Positions 27,226-36,951 of a stretch of 64,000 nt of DNA are shown one piece after another (the first letter of the stretch is position 1; each line of letters begins with the position of its first letter). Position numbers and translations under genes: made by a program. Source of the DNA: a virus; the IMG/VR virus record IMGVR_UViG_3300033475_000008, positions 27,441 to 91,440 of that record, one strand, 5' to 3'. The notes under the pieces were generated by a model. The model had not been told where the DNA came from and made no database searches. It was given only the letters and a program-made list of their open reading frames with translations.

Positions 27226-30200
27226 GCCTGTCCGATCTTGTTGTACATGGTGTGGTTGCCATCAGACTTGCTGATACCGACGATGGTGATGTCAGCGCGG
27301 CGACGGCCATCTGACCCGACGACGTCACTGTTCACGTGGTACATGGTGCCTCGTTGCAAGAGGATCTCTGCCTCACTGCTGTAGTAGGAGACACCCTTCA
27401 CGTCCATGCCCTTGGCACCCTTTGGAGCGTGGATGGTGAGGAGGAGTCCCTTGCTGCCCCAGCCACCGAAGTTCTGTCCCACGTGTTCCTTGGTACTGGT
27501 GGACATGAAGGAGTGTTGCACGCCGACCTTGCCGACCTGACTACCGACGGGACCGAGCATGCCCTCACCGTCATTGATGCCACGGTGCAGGGTCATATCC
27601 TGAGTGAGCTCACTCTTGTCCAGGGCTGAGGTGAGGTTGTTGCCAGCCGTGTCACCGGTCTTCTGGTCGTGGTGAAGCTTGGCGAGCGCGACCTTCTTGT
27701 TGATGGTGCCGTACCAGCTACCGGTGTACTTCTTGACCGCGGCGAGTTCACCGGCACTCAGTGTCTCGTTGCCCAAGGTGGTGTGAACTGACTTGGGAAC
27801 GTGAACCGCCGCCGGTGCCACCGGAGTGAGGTTGACTTGTTGAGCGAGTGACGGCTTGGGCTTAGGTGCGCTCTCATCCTTGGCCAACTTGACGGCTTGC
27901 TGGTGAGCGTAGGCCAGTGAACCCTTGGCCTCCCACGAGTTGCTAACAGTCCAGGTGGCACCACTGTGAGCGTGTGTGACCGTGGCTGTGCCATCTGGGT
28001 TGGTCTTGATCGTGCCCAGGTGAGTGACCTGATCGGCTTGAGTGTCCCAGGGGTTGCTGTGATAGTCGACGTTGGCCACACCGGTAGTCGAGTCGACGGG
28101 ACCCACCATGGTCTTGTAGTTGTAACCAGGAGTGCCTGGGTCCAACTTGGCCAGTGCGCTGTCTGGGTCCTTCTTCACCACCTGGTGGATAGCCGTGGTC
28201 TGGTTGTGATAGTTGGCCAACTTGGCGACGGCTTCCTTCTTGGTGCTGGAGTTGGGAAGCTTGGTGCCGTCTTCGTGTTGAACCACCCAGGCGTTGTGCC
28301 AGTTCTTGCTGACCGTGCCGATCTGCTGCTTGCTGACCTTGTCGATGGCGGCGTGGGTGCCGTCTTGCTTGACTGAGACGTCGGTGGGCTTGACCGCGGT
28401 GCCGGCCTTGAGCCAGGCAGGCGGCGGTTCTGGAGCCGGTGCTGAGGGTACCGTTGCCGCGGGTGACGTTGACGGTGGAAGCTTGTCGATCTCATCGTTG
28501 TGATAGTTGATGAGAGCCTTCTTAGCGTGATAGACGTCACTGTAGGCCGGCAACGTCTTGCCACTGGCGTGTGTCGGTACCGCGCCACCGCTCACCGGGA
28601 GGTTGATTTCTCCGATGACGACGTTGTTGTGCGTGACCTTGTCTGACACGGTATTGTAGTGCGCGTCATCGCTGTAACTGATGTGACCGGCGGCGGCCCA
28701 CTCTGGTACTGGACTGACTGGTGTCTCAGCCGGTGCCGTCATTTCGGTGATGCCGGCGTACTTCTTGTTGTGGTACGCGGCCACGGCTTGTGAGGGTGAG
28801 TTGCCTACGCCTACCGGGACAGCAGTACTATCAGCGTGAGTAGCCGTATAGCCACCAGAATCGGGCTTGTAGTGACCCACCACGGTGCCTGTCGGCTTGT
28901 GGACAAGGTCACCGGCACCATCAGGGAAGACGTCCTTGGCGTTGATCGCGCCGAGCTTCTCGTAGTCCTTCTTCTCAGGTGTCGACGGTGGTGTCGGTGA
29001 TGAGGAACTCCCACTCAGTGAGTTGTGATACTCCGAGAGAGTGAGCTTGGCGTGTTGCGCTGCGCCGCCAGGGAGCACGGCACCGCTCGACGTGAAGTGC
29101 TTCACGTCAAGAACAGTCCCGTCCACGTGCTTGACTTGCTTGAAACTCGGCTTACCAGATGTGGGGATGGTCTCACCGATCTTCTTGCCGGTGGCGTCAT
29201 CCACGAAGTCCATGCTACCGGGCTCGTTACCTGGTACCAGTGTCATGCCAGCCGGTGTGACCTTAGCCGGGAGATCCAACTTGGGCTTCGGCTTGGGGAG
29301 TTCCACTGAGACTGCCGGTGCCTCTGGCTGAGCGACGTGTCCCTCCCCACCCTTCATCTTGGAGTTGTGGTGAAGAGCGATGCTGGCCAGGGCGTTGCCC
29401 TTGTAGACACCGGTGTGAGTGTGAGTGCCGTCAGCGTGGGTGGCCGTAAAGGTGCTGGTGCCCTTCTTCGGTGTGTCTGCTTGCTTGGCCAGGTGGCCGA
29501 CCACGGTTCCCGTGGGCTTGTGGACCACGTCGCCGTTCTTCTTGACACTGAGGTCCTGCGTGTTGATCTCACCACCGGCCTTGGCCCAGGGTGCAGTGGG
29601 GTGAGTGGCCGGGGTGGGAGCAGCGACCGTGGCACTCTGAGCGGGAGTGATCGGCTTGGCCATCTCGCCGGGTGCGGTCTTCTTAGCCGGGACCTTGACC
29701 GGTGTTGACGAGTCATGCGTGGTACCACCCACGGGGCTCTGCATGCCGTGAAGCTGCTCGTGGGCCTTGAGTTGTTCGTGGATGCTGTCGTAACCTTGAC
29801 CAGGGGTGGCGAAGTTCCGGGCCTGAGTGAGCTCGGTGTGAGCCTTCATCGCGTCACCACTTGCCAGGGCGTTGGCCGCGGCATGGAGGTGGTTGGCGGC
29901 ACTCGTGTCGCCCTGCTTGGTAGCGTGTTGAGCCAGGAGATGCAGGTTGTGATACTCGGCTACCGAGTCCACGGCCTCTTGGTGGGTCTGGTGCTTGGTC
30001 ATGAGCTTCATCTTGCCAGAGCCGATGACCGCGCCGTTGTGTTGTCCACTGAACGTGCCGTCCGCGTTCTTGCGGATACCACCGATCTGCTGACCACCGA
30101 CGTAGGTCTTGCCCTCCAGGTGCCCACCGTGGTAGATCTTGCCGTTCTTGGGGTCCCGCCAGGCCTTGGTGGTGCCGTGGCCACAGGGTGGCCGGACGCA

Positions 30201-31130
30201 GATGAACCCGTGGATGTATCCCTCTGGCCCGACCTTGAGGATCTGGACCGCGGGGACCTTCATCTTGCCAGTGTTGGTGGGCTTGCCCAGGGGGACGGTG
30301 GAGACGACCTCACCACCGACGTGGATGTTGAGGTGTGTGACCGGCACGTCCACCCAGGGCTGGGGCTCTGGTGCCTCACCACCGTACTTGAGAGTGACGT
30401 GTGGGGTGAAGTCCTGGTGCTCTGAGGCGTGGTACCTCTGCAGCTTCTGGCGCAGCACGTCCAGTGGCTCACCCTGGGTGAGCTCGTCAGTGGTGACGTG
30501 AGCGTAGTGGACGTCATCACCGCCACTGCTGGCTGAGGCCGGGAACCTGCCGAGGCCGCCGACCTGCATGGTGAAGGGCACAGTACCACGGGCTGCCTGC
30601 TGCACCGCCTGCTTGACCTCCTCGAGGAGGTCATCCGTGACGTTCTTACCGAGGTAGACTAGGGTGACATGGTGGTCGTCGACCCCGCCGTCCACGTCTT
30701 GGAGGGTGCCAGGTGTGAGGTCGATGCTGACCATGCCACTGCGCTTGGTGAGGCCAGGAACGGCGGCCTTGCCTCGAAGCTCCTTGGCGTGAGTGACTGG
30801 CCAGATACCCAGGGCATCGTGGTGTCGCTCTGCGCAGTAGCCCTTCGGGTCCTCCATGAACTTGCCGACGTGGCGGACGCAGCGGTCAAAGTCACCGGGC
30901 TCACCCCAGCGGACTTTCAGAGTGCCGCCCTTGCCGTGGGTCCAGTATCGGCGCAGGGTCTCCGCGTCACCGCCGTGCCCCTTGGCCTTGGTCACGTCCC
31001 CCTCTGGTGCCTGAGGGAGGCGTGACTTGCCCATGCCAGGCGACCAGGTGGCGCCGCGAGCCACGTCATAGAGGTCGTGGAGCCAGTCCCGGTTGACTGG
31101 GGACTCGTCCAGGTTGCCGAGGTCGATCAT
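27222..31130 (-). CDS. Multidomain virion effector: 2H phosphoesterase + 7 His-rich repeats + VIP2-like ADP-ribosyltransferase
   Basis: Two HVTL motifs; LHRG / FMSTS / SEAEILL (R-STS-ExE). Confidence 0.85.
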   Translation of the reverse strand: MIDLGNLDESPVNRDWLHDLYDVARGATWSPGMGKSRLPQAPEGDVTKAKGHGGDAETLRRYWTHGKGGTLKVRWGEPGDFDRCVRHVGKFMEDPKGYCAERHHDALGIWPVTHAKELRGKAAVPGLTKRSGMVSIDLTPGTLQDVDGGVDDHHVTLVYLGKNVTDDLLEEVKQAVQQAARGTVPFTMQVGGLGRFPASASSGGDDVHYAHVTTDELTQGEPLDVLRQKLQRYHASEHQDFTPHVTLKYGGEAPEPQPWVDVPVTHLNIHVGGEVVSTVPLGKPTNTGKMKVPAVQILKVGPEGYIHGFICVRPPCGHGTTKAWRDPKNGKIYHGGHLEGKTYVGGQQIGGIRKNADGTFSGQHNGAVIGSGKMKLMTKHQTHQEAVDSVAEYHNLHLLAQHATKQGDTSAANHLHAAANALASGDAMKAHTELTQARNFATPGQGYDSIHEQLKAHEQLHGMQSPVGGTTHDSSTPVKVPAKKTAPGEMAKPITPAQSATVAAPTPATHPTAPWAKAGGEINTQDLSVKKNGDVVHKPTGTVVGHLAKQADTPKKGTSTFTATHADGTHTHTGVYKGNALASIALHHNSKMKGGEGHVAQPEAPAVSVELPKPKPKLDLPAKVTPAGMTLVPGNEPGSMDFVDDATGKKIGETIPTSGKPSFKQVKHVDGTVLDVKHFTSSGAVLPGGAAQHAKLTLSEYHNSLSGSSSSPTPPSTPEKKDYEKLGAINAKDVFPDGAGDLVHKPTGTVVGHYKPDSGGYTATHADSTAVPVGVGNSPSQAVAAYHNKKYAGITEMTAPAETPVSPVPEWAAAGHISYSDDAHYNTVSDKVTHNNVVIGEINLPVSGGAVPTHASGKTLPAYSDVYHAKKALINYHNDEIDKLPPSTSPAATVPSAPAPEPPPAWLKAGTAVKPTDVSVKQDGTHAAIDKVSKQQIGTVSKNWHNAWVVQHEDGTKLPNSSTKKEAVAKLANYHNQTTAIHQVVKKDPDSALAKLDPGTPGYNYKTMVGPVDSTTGVANVDYHSNPWDTQADQVTHLGTIKTNPDGTATVTHAHSGATWTVSNSWEAKGSLAYAHQQAVKLAKDESAPKPKPSLAQQVNLTPVAPAAVHVPKSVHTTLGNETLSAGELAAVKKYTGSWYGTINKKVALAKLHHDQKTGDTAGNNLTSALDKSELTQDMTLHRGINDGEGMLGPVGSQVGKVGVQHSFMSTSTKEHVGQNFGGWGSKGLLLTIHAPKGAKGMDVKGVSYYSSEAEILLQRGTMYHVNSDVVGSDGRRRADITIVGISKSDGNHTMYNKIGQA

Positions 31131-33358
31131 GCCTTCAGTCCAAACTGGATCGTCGTATTGTCACTGCTGGGTTGTGCCTTGATGGCGACGACCTCTCCTA
31201 GGGCGACGACGCTGTTTCGAAGCTCACCCTCACCTCGCCAGTGCATGAACACCTGGTCTGAGGGGTGGGTGGTATTCATCCACGCGACTGGCACGTCGTT
31301 CTTCGTGTACTTGACGCCGTAAGGAGCCCCTATGTTCATGTTGTCGACCTCATGCCCGACTGACTTGTTCATGAGACTGCGGATCGACGCCTTGCCCCTG
31401 GGCTCTGACCAGGAGGAGATGGAATTGGTGGTGGCGGTCCATGGTTCCTTCTCCGCGCCAAACTTGAGAGGGTGCTCAGCGAGTTGAAGCTGCTTGGCCT
31501 GCTTGCCATACACGGCTCGGATCACCGGGAGATCACCAGAGATCTTGGCTTCCTTGAGGACCTGCTGTGTGTAGTGTTGCTGTGCCTTCACGGTCCAGTA
31601 ATCATGGAAGTCTTCTCGACGTTGTCGTGCCTCTGGTGACATGTCGTTGAACCGGAACCCAAGCAGGCCCATGGGACCGCTGAAGGACTGGAAGTCAGAC
31701 TTCGCGTACTTGAACTCACTGATCTCAGTGAGCTTCGCACCGTCAAAGTCACCGGGTTGGATCTTCGGTGGTTCCTTCATGTCGTGGACCTTGTTGAAGA
31801 TCGGCACGATGTCGTCGTTGCCACTGGCACCCCAGACACTGACCAACCGGTCCACGCCAGCCCAGTCCTTGGCCTTCCAGTTGCCCTCGTTCTGCAGGTC
31901 CGTGTCACTGCTGATGAGGCCAGCCGCTGGCTCAGGCACACCGGCCTTGGTGAGCACTGAGTGCAGGTACCGGCTCTTGAGAGTGTCCAGTTCGCCAGCT
32001 TGCTTGTCATCAGCAAACTTGAGCTTCTTGTCACCGATGAGGGCCTTGATCCTGGCGTGGTCCTCTGGTGAGAGGTGATCCTCGAACCCGCCACTGAGTT
32101 CCGCGGTCTCACCGGAGACGACAGCGTGGGTGCGCTCCAGTGGGGCTGGCTCAGTGAGAGTACCGGTCTCTCGCTCTGGTCGCTTGAGCTCCTCTACCTT
32201 GGGAGTCTCTGGCTCGTGAGTCGCCTCAACTGGCTTCTCGACCTCAGCGGGCTTGACCTCTGGTTCTACCGACTTGATCTCACCGTGGGCCTTCACCGAC
32301 ATGTTGTGATGCGTGGCCAGGGTGCCCAGGGCCTCACGCTTGTAGACACCGTGGTAGGTCTGGGTGCCGTCGGCGTGGTGGACCAGGAACGTGGTAGTAC
32401 CCGGCTTGGGACTGTCTGGGGTCCGCTGGATGTGCCCGACGACGGTGCCAGACTCCTTGTGGACGACTGAGCCGTCCTTCTTCAAGCTGAGGTGCGAGGC
32501 GTCGACCTCTGCCCCTACCTTGATCCAGCCGTGGATGTAGCCCTTGGGACCGACCTTGCCGAGGAACTTGTTCTGCGACGAGGCACCCTGGTGCTGTTGG
32601 TAGACGTGTGTCTCGTCCCAGGGGCCACCGTCGTTGTCTACGAACCCGATGTAGGCTCGGACTGGCTTACCCAGGGTGTGGTAGGCCAGGGTACGGTGGT
32701 GCCCGTCGATGACCTTGACCTTGTTCTCACCGGGCTCCTGCACCGCGACCACGGGGTGGGTGTGGCCCTTACCCTTCTTGATCTGCTTGGCGAAGTGCTT
32801 GACCCGGTCTGGCTCGTGACTGGCAGCCCAGGAGCCCACGTCGTCGTAGTCTACCCGGTCCTGGGGTACCTCTACTGGCCCGATCCACCGAGCCTTCTTC
32901 ATCCAGCCCAGGGCTTTCTCTGGGTAGTTCTGCCGCATCTGGTTCATGACGTGCTCAGCCTCAACCGGGTTGGCGTCATGAGGGTCGGCGGCGGCCTTAG
33001 CCAGGGGACGAGAACGAGGAGCGCTGAAGTCACCGGGGTCGTGTTGGATGTCGTTCTCGTCATGTGGCAACAGCACTGGTCCACCCAGACCAGAGGGGTC
33101 ACCGGGAAGGAACGCTGAGTCTGGTCCCGTGGGTGGCTCAAAGACCTGCCCGCTGTTGTCGACGTGTCGACGTCGAGCTCGGACGGCTTCCCGAACCGTG
33201 TCTGCCCGGGACATGCCGGCCTTGAGACAGTCCACCACGGTGCCGACATCGCGGTGAGTGATGTGTCGGGGCTGCCAAGTACCCGGTGACACGCCCTTGA
33301 GGATGACTCGAGTGAGAGCGTCCAACTCTGACTGAACCTGTTGCTCCGTGATGGTCAC
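31127..33358 (-). CDS. Multidomain protein: ParB/Srx-like domain + repeat + ART-like C-terminus
   Basis: PVVAV..VIDGHHR; VIRAV / SISSWS / GEVVAI. Confidence 0.7.
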   Translation of the reverse strand: MTITEQQVQSELDALTRVILKGVSPGTWQPRHITHRDVGTVVDCLKAGMSRADTVREAVRARRRHVDNSGQVFEPPTGPDSAFLPGDPSGLGGPVLLPHDENDIQHDPGDFSAPRSRPLAKAAADPHDANPVEAEHVMNQMRQNYPEKALGWMKKARWIGPVEVPQDRVDYDDVGSWAASHEPDRVKHFAKQIKKGKGHTHPVVAVQEPGENKVKVIDGHHRTLAYHTLGKPVRAYIGFVDNDGGPWDETHVYQQHQGASSQNKFLGKVGPKGYIHGWIKVGAEVDASHLSLKKDGSVVHKESGTVVGHIQRTPDSPKPGTTTFLVHHADGTQTYHGVYKREALGTLATHHNMSVKAHGEIKSVEPEVKPAEVEKPVEATHEPETPKVEELKRPERETGTLTEPAPLERTHAVVSGETAELSGGFEDHLSPEDHARIKALIGDKKLKFADDKQAGELDTLKSRYLHSVLTKAGVPEPAAGLISSDTDLQNEGNWKAKDWAGVDRLVSVWGASGNDDIVPIFNKVHDMKEPPKIQPGDFDGAKLTEISEFKYAKSDFQSFSGPMGLLGFRFNDMSPEARQRREDFHDYWTVKAQQHYTQQVLKEAKISGDLPVIRAVYGKQAKQLQLAEHPLKFGAEKEPWTATTNSISSWSEPRGKASIRSLMNKSVGHEVDNMNIGAPYGVKYTKNDVPVAWMNTTHPSDQVFMHWRGEGELRNSVVALGEVVAIKAQPSSDNTTIQFGLKA

Positions 33359-36345
33359 CGGGCCACCTCCATGACCGCGTCCAGGACCAACATGGTGAAC
33401 CCACGTTTGGTGAGATCCGTGTGAGTGAACTTGCCGGTGAACATGGACTCTACCGCGTTCACCATGGCCTGTAGCGGGAGGTCCGCGACGTTGGGTTGTG
33501 GTCCATACTGGGGCAGCAATGACGCGATAAGGCTGGCTGGGATGTCTTGGGGTTCCACCGAGACACCACCGTAGCCACCCGTGGACTGGATGCGCTGGTT
33601 GGCCAGAGACGCGAGCCGTCGGCGAAGCTCCTCGCGGGCTGCGGCTCGGGACTGCACGCTGGTCCCGTCGCTGCCTGTCTGGTTGGGAAGTGACGCGATA
33701 AACTGGTCCTTCTCATCTGCCATCTGTTGACGACGAGCGGTGATGTCTTGCCGCTGCTGAGCGTAGTAGCCAGGGGCCTCAGGACGCTGCGTGTTGCCCA
33801 AGCTGTCCAAAACCTGGTCACCCTTCACCAGGTCCACATGACACCCACAGTTGGGTCCACCGAGGCACACGGGACCGCCGAACCCGCCGTCACCTGGCCA
33901 ACCAGGGATGGACTTGAACGTGAACTCTTGGCCGTCCCGAGCCAAGCACAGGGGGCAGTGCTCAGTCTCACCAAGGCGCCACACGAGCTTGAGACCCGGG
34001 TCACTGGACTTGCCGGTGTTGCCATACCCGTCGTGCCAGGCACCGTTGAGACCCTCACCGTAGAGCTTGGTCCGAGGTGGCAGCCAGGTGTGAGGGTCAG
34101 TACCATCTTGGTCCGCGTCCTTCACCGCCGTGGCTAGACCCGTGAGGTAGGGTCGCTGGGTCTCAGCCCGCTGAGCCGCGAGTCCCTGCAGGACCTCTTC
34201 ACCCAGGGGTGGGAGGTGCAGTTGGTGAGCCGCGGTCTGCGCCCCGTGGTGCAGGGCCTTGTAGTAGGCACTCTCCATGGCAGCCACACCTTGCGTGACT
34301 GCCTCAAGGAAGTTGATGCCACCACCGTAGTAGCTGAGCATCGTGCTGGTGAGTTGCTTGGCGACCAGGGCCGCGGTGCTGGCCAAGAGCACGTCCTGGG
34401 CCACGTTCGGTGGTGACGTGGTCTGCTGGGGCGGTGGCGTGGTCGCGGTGGGGGTGGCGGCCTTTTGACTGCTGGCCGTGGTGTCGTGGCCACCCTTGCT
34501 GTCCGCGTCTCGCTCTGCGGCGTCGTGAGTGGCCTCTGCCGCGGTGTGTCCCGGGGACTCCTTCTCGTCGCTTGGCTTCGCGGCCGGCTTGGAAGTGGGC
34601 TTGGAAACTGGTGTCTTGGCCTCTGTGCCAGCGTCCGGGTCCTGGCCATCTTGGTCGTCTTGGCCGGTGTCTGGGCCGTTCTGCTGTTGAGCGTTGGCAG
34701 CTGCCTGTTGCTGAGCGAGTTGAGCGCCCTGGGTGAGGGTCATGAACCCGGTGGGAGTGAACACGCCAGGGTCACTGGTCTCTGGGAGGCCGAAGGGCTG
34801 CAGGCCGAGCTTGTCACGTCCCTCGTCGATGGTGCGCAGGGAGTGACCGACCTGGTTGACCAGGAGGTTGGTGAGGGTCTCCTCGTCCTCCTCTTCCTGC
34901 ATGCCCTCGAAGATGAAGCGCATGTCAGGTTGACCACACACCACGTGGAGGATGTGTTCCGCGATGCTGGTCAGGAAGAGCAAGGTGGGAAGCAAGGTGG
35001 ACTGGTCCTGCTGCTGTCCAGACATCTTGGCCATCTGGTTGGCCGCACCGGGTGACTGCGTGGTGCTGACCTTGGGACTGATGCCGATCTGCATGGGTTG
35101 TACCCCGAAGGCCATGCAGGTCTGGGCCATGATGATCTCGTCGAACTGATCAGCGAGCTCAGTAGGCCGCTGAGGGTCGACCTTGCTGCCAGACGGCAGA
35201 ACAATGATCTTGTGGTGGTAGGCAGGGTCACCAGCGATGGCGTTGAGAGCGTCCTGCAGTTCCCGGATCTGGTTCGGGGAGAGGTCGTTGCCCGGGGAGA
35301 TGTAGACCGCGGGAACCGTGCCCTCTTGGAAGTAGTCTCGCTGGTAGCCCTGCTTGGCCAGACCCGTGGTGATGGGGATGAGACCGCGCTCGATGGGTGG
35401 GAACCCGTAGGGTGTCCACCGTCGTGGCACCATCCGCAGGTACATGAGCTGACTGCCCGTGAACTGCTGGACCTGTGAGCCCTTGAGGTCGTTGTCCTCG
35501 AGGTCCCAGTCCATGATCGTGGACATGAGATCGACTCGTGGGACCCCGTAGAGATACTGCTGGTAGCCTACGGCTGGTGGTCGAGGAGTGCCACCACGGA
35601 GGTCGTAGAGTGGTCGGATGGTGGGACCGTTGACCAGAGCCAGGGAGTCCAGGTTGGAGCCGAGAAGTCCCTTCTTGCCGCCTCGTCCTCGCTTGGGCCG
35701 CATGACGATGGACAGGGCGTCGTAGACCAGGATCTCTTCCATCACGTTGGAGATCCAGGACTGCCAACTGAAGTAGTCGTGGTCTGGGTGCTTGAAGAAC
35801 TTGATGGCCTCAGCGCGTCGCTCACCGAAGTCCTTCATGGCAGCTTGGTCGTTGCGCATGGCCTTGGCGGCGTCTCGAGTGGGAGTGATGTCCCACTCGA
35901 GTGACACGATCTGGGACTTGATGAACTCGATGCAGGCCCGGGCCACCGAGTAGAGGTCTGCCAGGGTCTGGAGCTGCTGGAAACTGGCGAGCTTGAGACC
36001 CTCGTCACCGGGGGTGCCAGTGGGGAGGTTCCAACCAACGCGGTACTGCTCGAGGCGGGCCTCGACTTGTCCGTACTCGTTGGACTCGTCAACGGGGATG
36101 GAGAGGATGGGACTGAAGGGTCCAAACGCACCTTCGGTGAAGTCCTGAGGTGGTCGTGGGAGACCCAGGGTGCCGTATGTGCTGCCCCAGCCGCCACTGG
36201 GGTTGACCAGCCGCCCGCTGTGTTCAGCAGTCCCGGCCAACCCGGCACCGAAGAGACCACTGGGAGTGGCTGGTGGCAGGGTCTGTCGGTTGACGCCACT
36301 CTGGATGGCACTGTTGGCCGCGATGACTGAGCCACGTCGTGCCAC
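33355..36345 (-). CDS. Portal protein fused to MuF/gp7-like head morphogenesis domain
   Basis: YGFPPIE, YFQEGTVP, TIDEGRDKLGL; C-terminal WRLG..EHCPLC...GPNCGC. Confidence 0.85.
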   Translation of the reverse strand: MARRGSVIAANSAIQSGVNRQTLPPATPSGLFGAGLAGTAEHSGRLVNPSGGWGSTYGTLGLPRPPQDFTEGAFGPFSPILSIPVDESNEYGQVEARLEQYRVGWNLPTGTPGDEGLKLASFQQLQTLADLYSVARACIEFIKSQIVSLEWDITPTRDAAKAMRNDQAAMKDFGERRAEAIKFFKHPDHDYFSWQSWISNVMEEILVYDALSIVMRPKRGRGGKKGLLGSNLDSLALVNGPTIRPLYDLRGGTPRPPAVGYQQYLYGVPRVDLMSTIMDWDLEDNDLKGSQVQQFTGSQLMYLRMVPRRWTPYGFPPIERGLIPITTGLAKQGYQRDYFQEGTVPAVYISPGNDLSPNQIRELQDALNAIAGDPAYHHKIIVLPSGSKVDPQRPTELADQFDEIIMAQTCMAFGVQPMQIGISPKVSTTQSPGAANQMAKMSGQQQDQSTLLPTLLFLTSIAEHILHVVCGQPDMRFIFEGMQEEEDEETLTNLLVNQVGHSLRTIDEGRDKLGLQPFGLPETSDPGVFTPTGFMTLTQGAQLAQQQAAANAQQQNGPDTGQDDQDGQDPDAGTEAKTPVSKPTSKPAAKPSDEKESPGHTAAEATHDAAERDADSKGGHDTTASSQKAATPTATTPPPQQTTSPPNVAQDVLLASTAALVAKQLTSTMLSYYGGGINFLEAVTQGVAAMESAYYKALHHGAQTAAHQLHLPPLGEEVLQGLAAQRAETQRPYLTGLATAVKDADQDGTDPHTWLPPRTKLYGEGLNGAWHDGYGNTGKSSDPGLKLVWRLGETEHCPLCLARDGQEFTFKSIPGWPGDGGFGGPVCLGGPNCGCHVDLVKGDQVLDSLGNTQRPEAPGYYAQQRQDITARRQQMADEKDQFIASLPNQTGSDGTSVQSRAAAREELRRRLASLANQRIQSTGGYGGVSVEPQDIPASLIASLLPQYGPQPNVADLPLQAMVNAVESMFTGKFTHTDLTKRGFTMLVLDAVMEVAR

Positions 36346-36362
36346 GTCAGGTCCCTCTCAGG

Positions 36363-36656
36363 TCACTCGTTGTCATGGTCCTCGTCTGCTACTTCGATGT
36401 CGATCACGTCGGCAGGGTAGATGACGTCTCGGTCGTTCCACTCACCTTCAGGCCAGTACTCCACCTCGAGAAGGGTACCGTCAGCGTGCCACACGGCTCG
36501 CTTGACTCGGGGACACGGCTGCCGATCCCGGCCGAGGCCGTAGACCACGTCATGAAGGCCAGCGCAGTGCACACACCCGGACTTACCAGCGACCTCACCG
36601 CGGAAGATCCGCTGCGCGGCCTTGACCTCTTCATCTGTCAAGCTGGTGCTAGGCAC
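36363..36656 (-). CDS. Small Cys-containing protein
   Basis: CVHCAGLH..CPRV; lies between terL and portal. Confidence 0.55.
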   Translation of the reverse strand: MPSTSLTDEEVKAAQRIFRGEVAGKSGCVHCAGLHDVVYGLGRDRQPCPRVKRAVWHADGTLLEVEYWPEGEWNDRDVIYPADVIDIEVADEDHDNE

Positions 36657-36951
36657 GCCTTTCGCCTCTCTCGAAGAGCCACCGGAGGACGTGTCCCACG
36701 GAGGTGAGGCACTCACTACTGACGTAGCTGTTGCCGCTGAGCAGAGCTACCGTGAGATAGGCACCGGCAAACGCGGCTCGAGCACTCGCCTCGTCAGTGA
36801 GTGGGGCGTCAAGTTCCCGGAACACGTCTCGGACACCGGCACCCCACTGGTCGGTGAGGTGCACGGGAAGGTCCCGGAGTGGTGAACCGGTAAGGCTTTC
36901 CAGGTCCAGGAGGTCCTGCTCAGCTTGGTGACGACGCTCAGGCACTGACAC
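36649..36951 (-). CDS. Hypothetical protein
   Basis: GAGGAGG RBS; overlaps the end of terL. Confidence 0.5.
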   Translation of the reverse strand: MSVPERRHQAEQDLLDLESLTGSPLRDLPVHLTDQWGAGVRDVFRELDAPLTDEASARAAFAGAYLTVALLSGNSYVSSECLTSVGHVLRWLFERGERRA

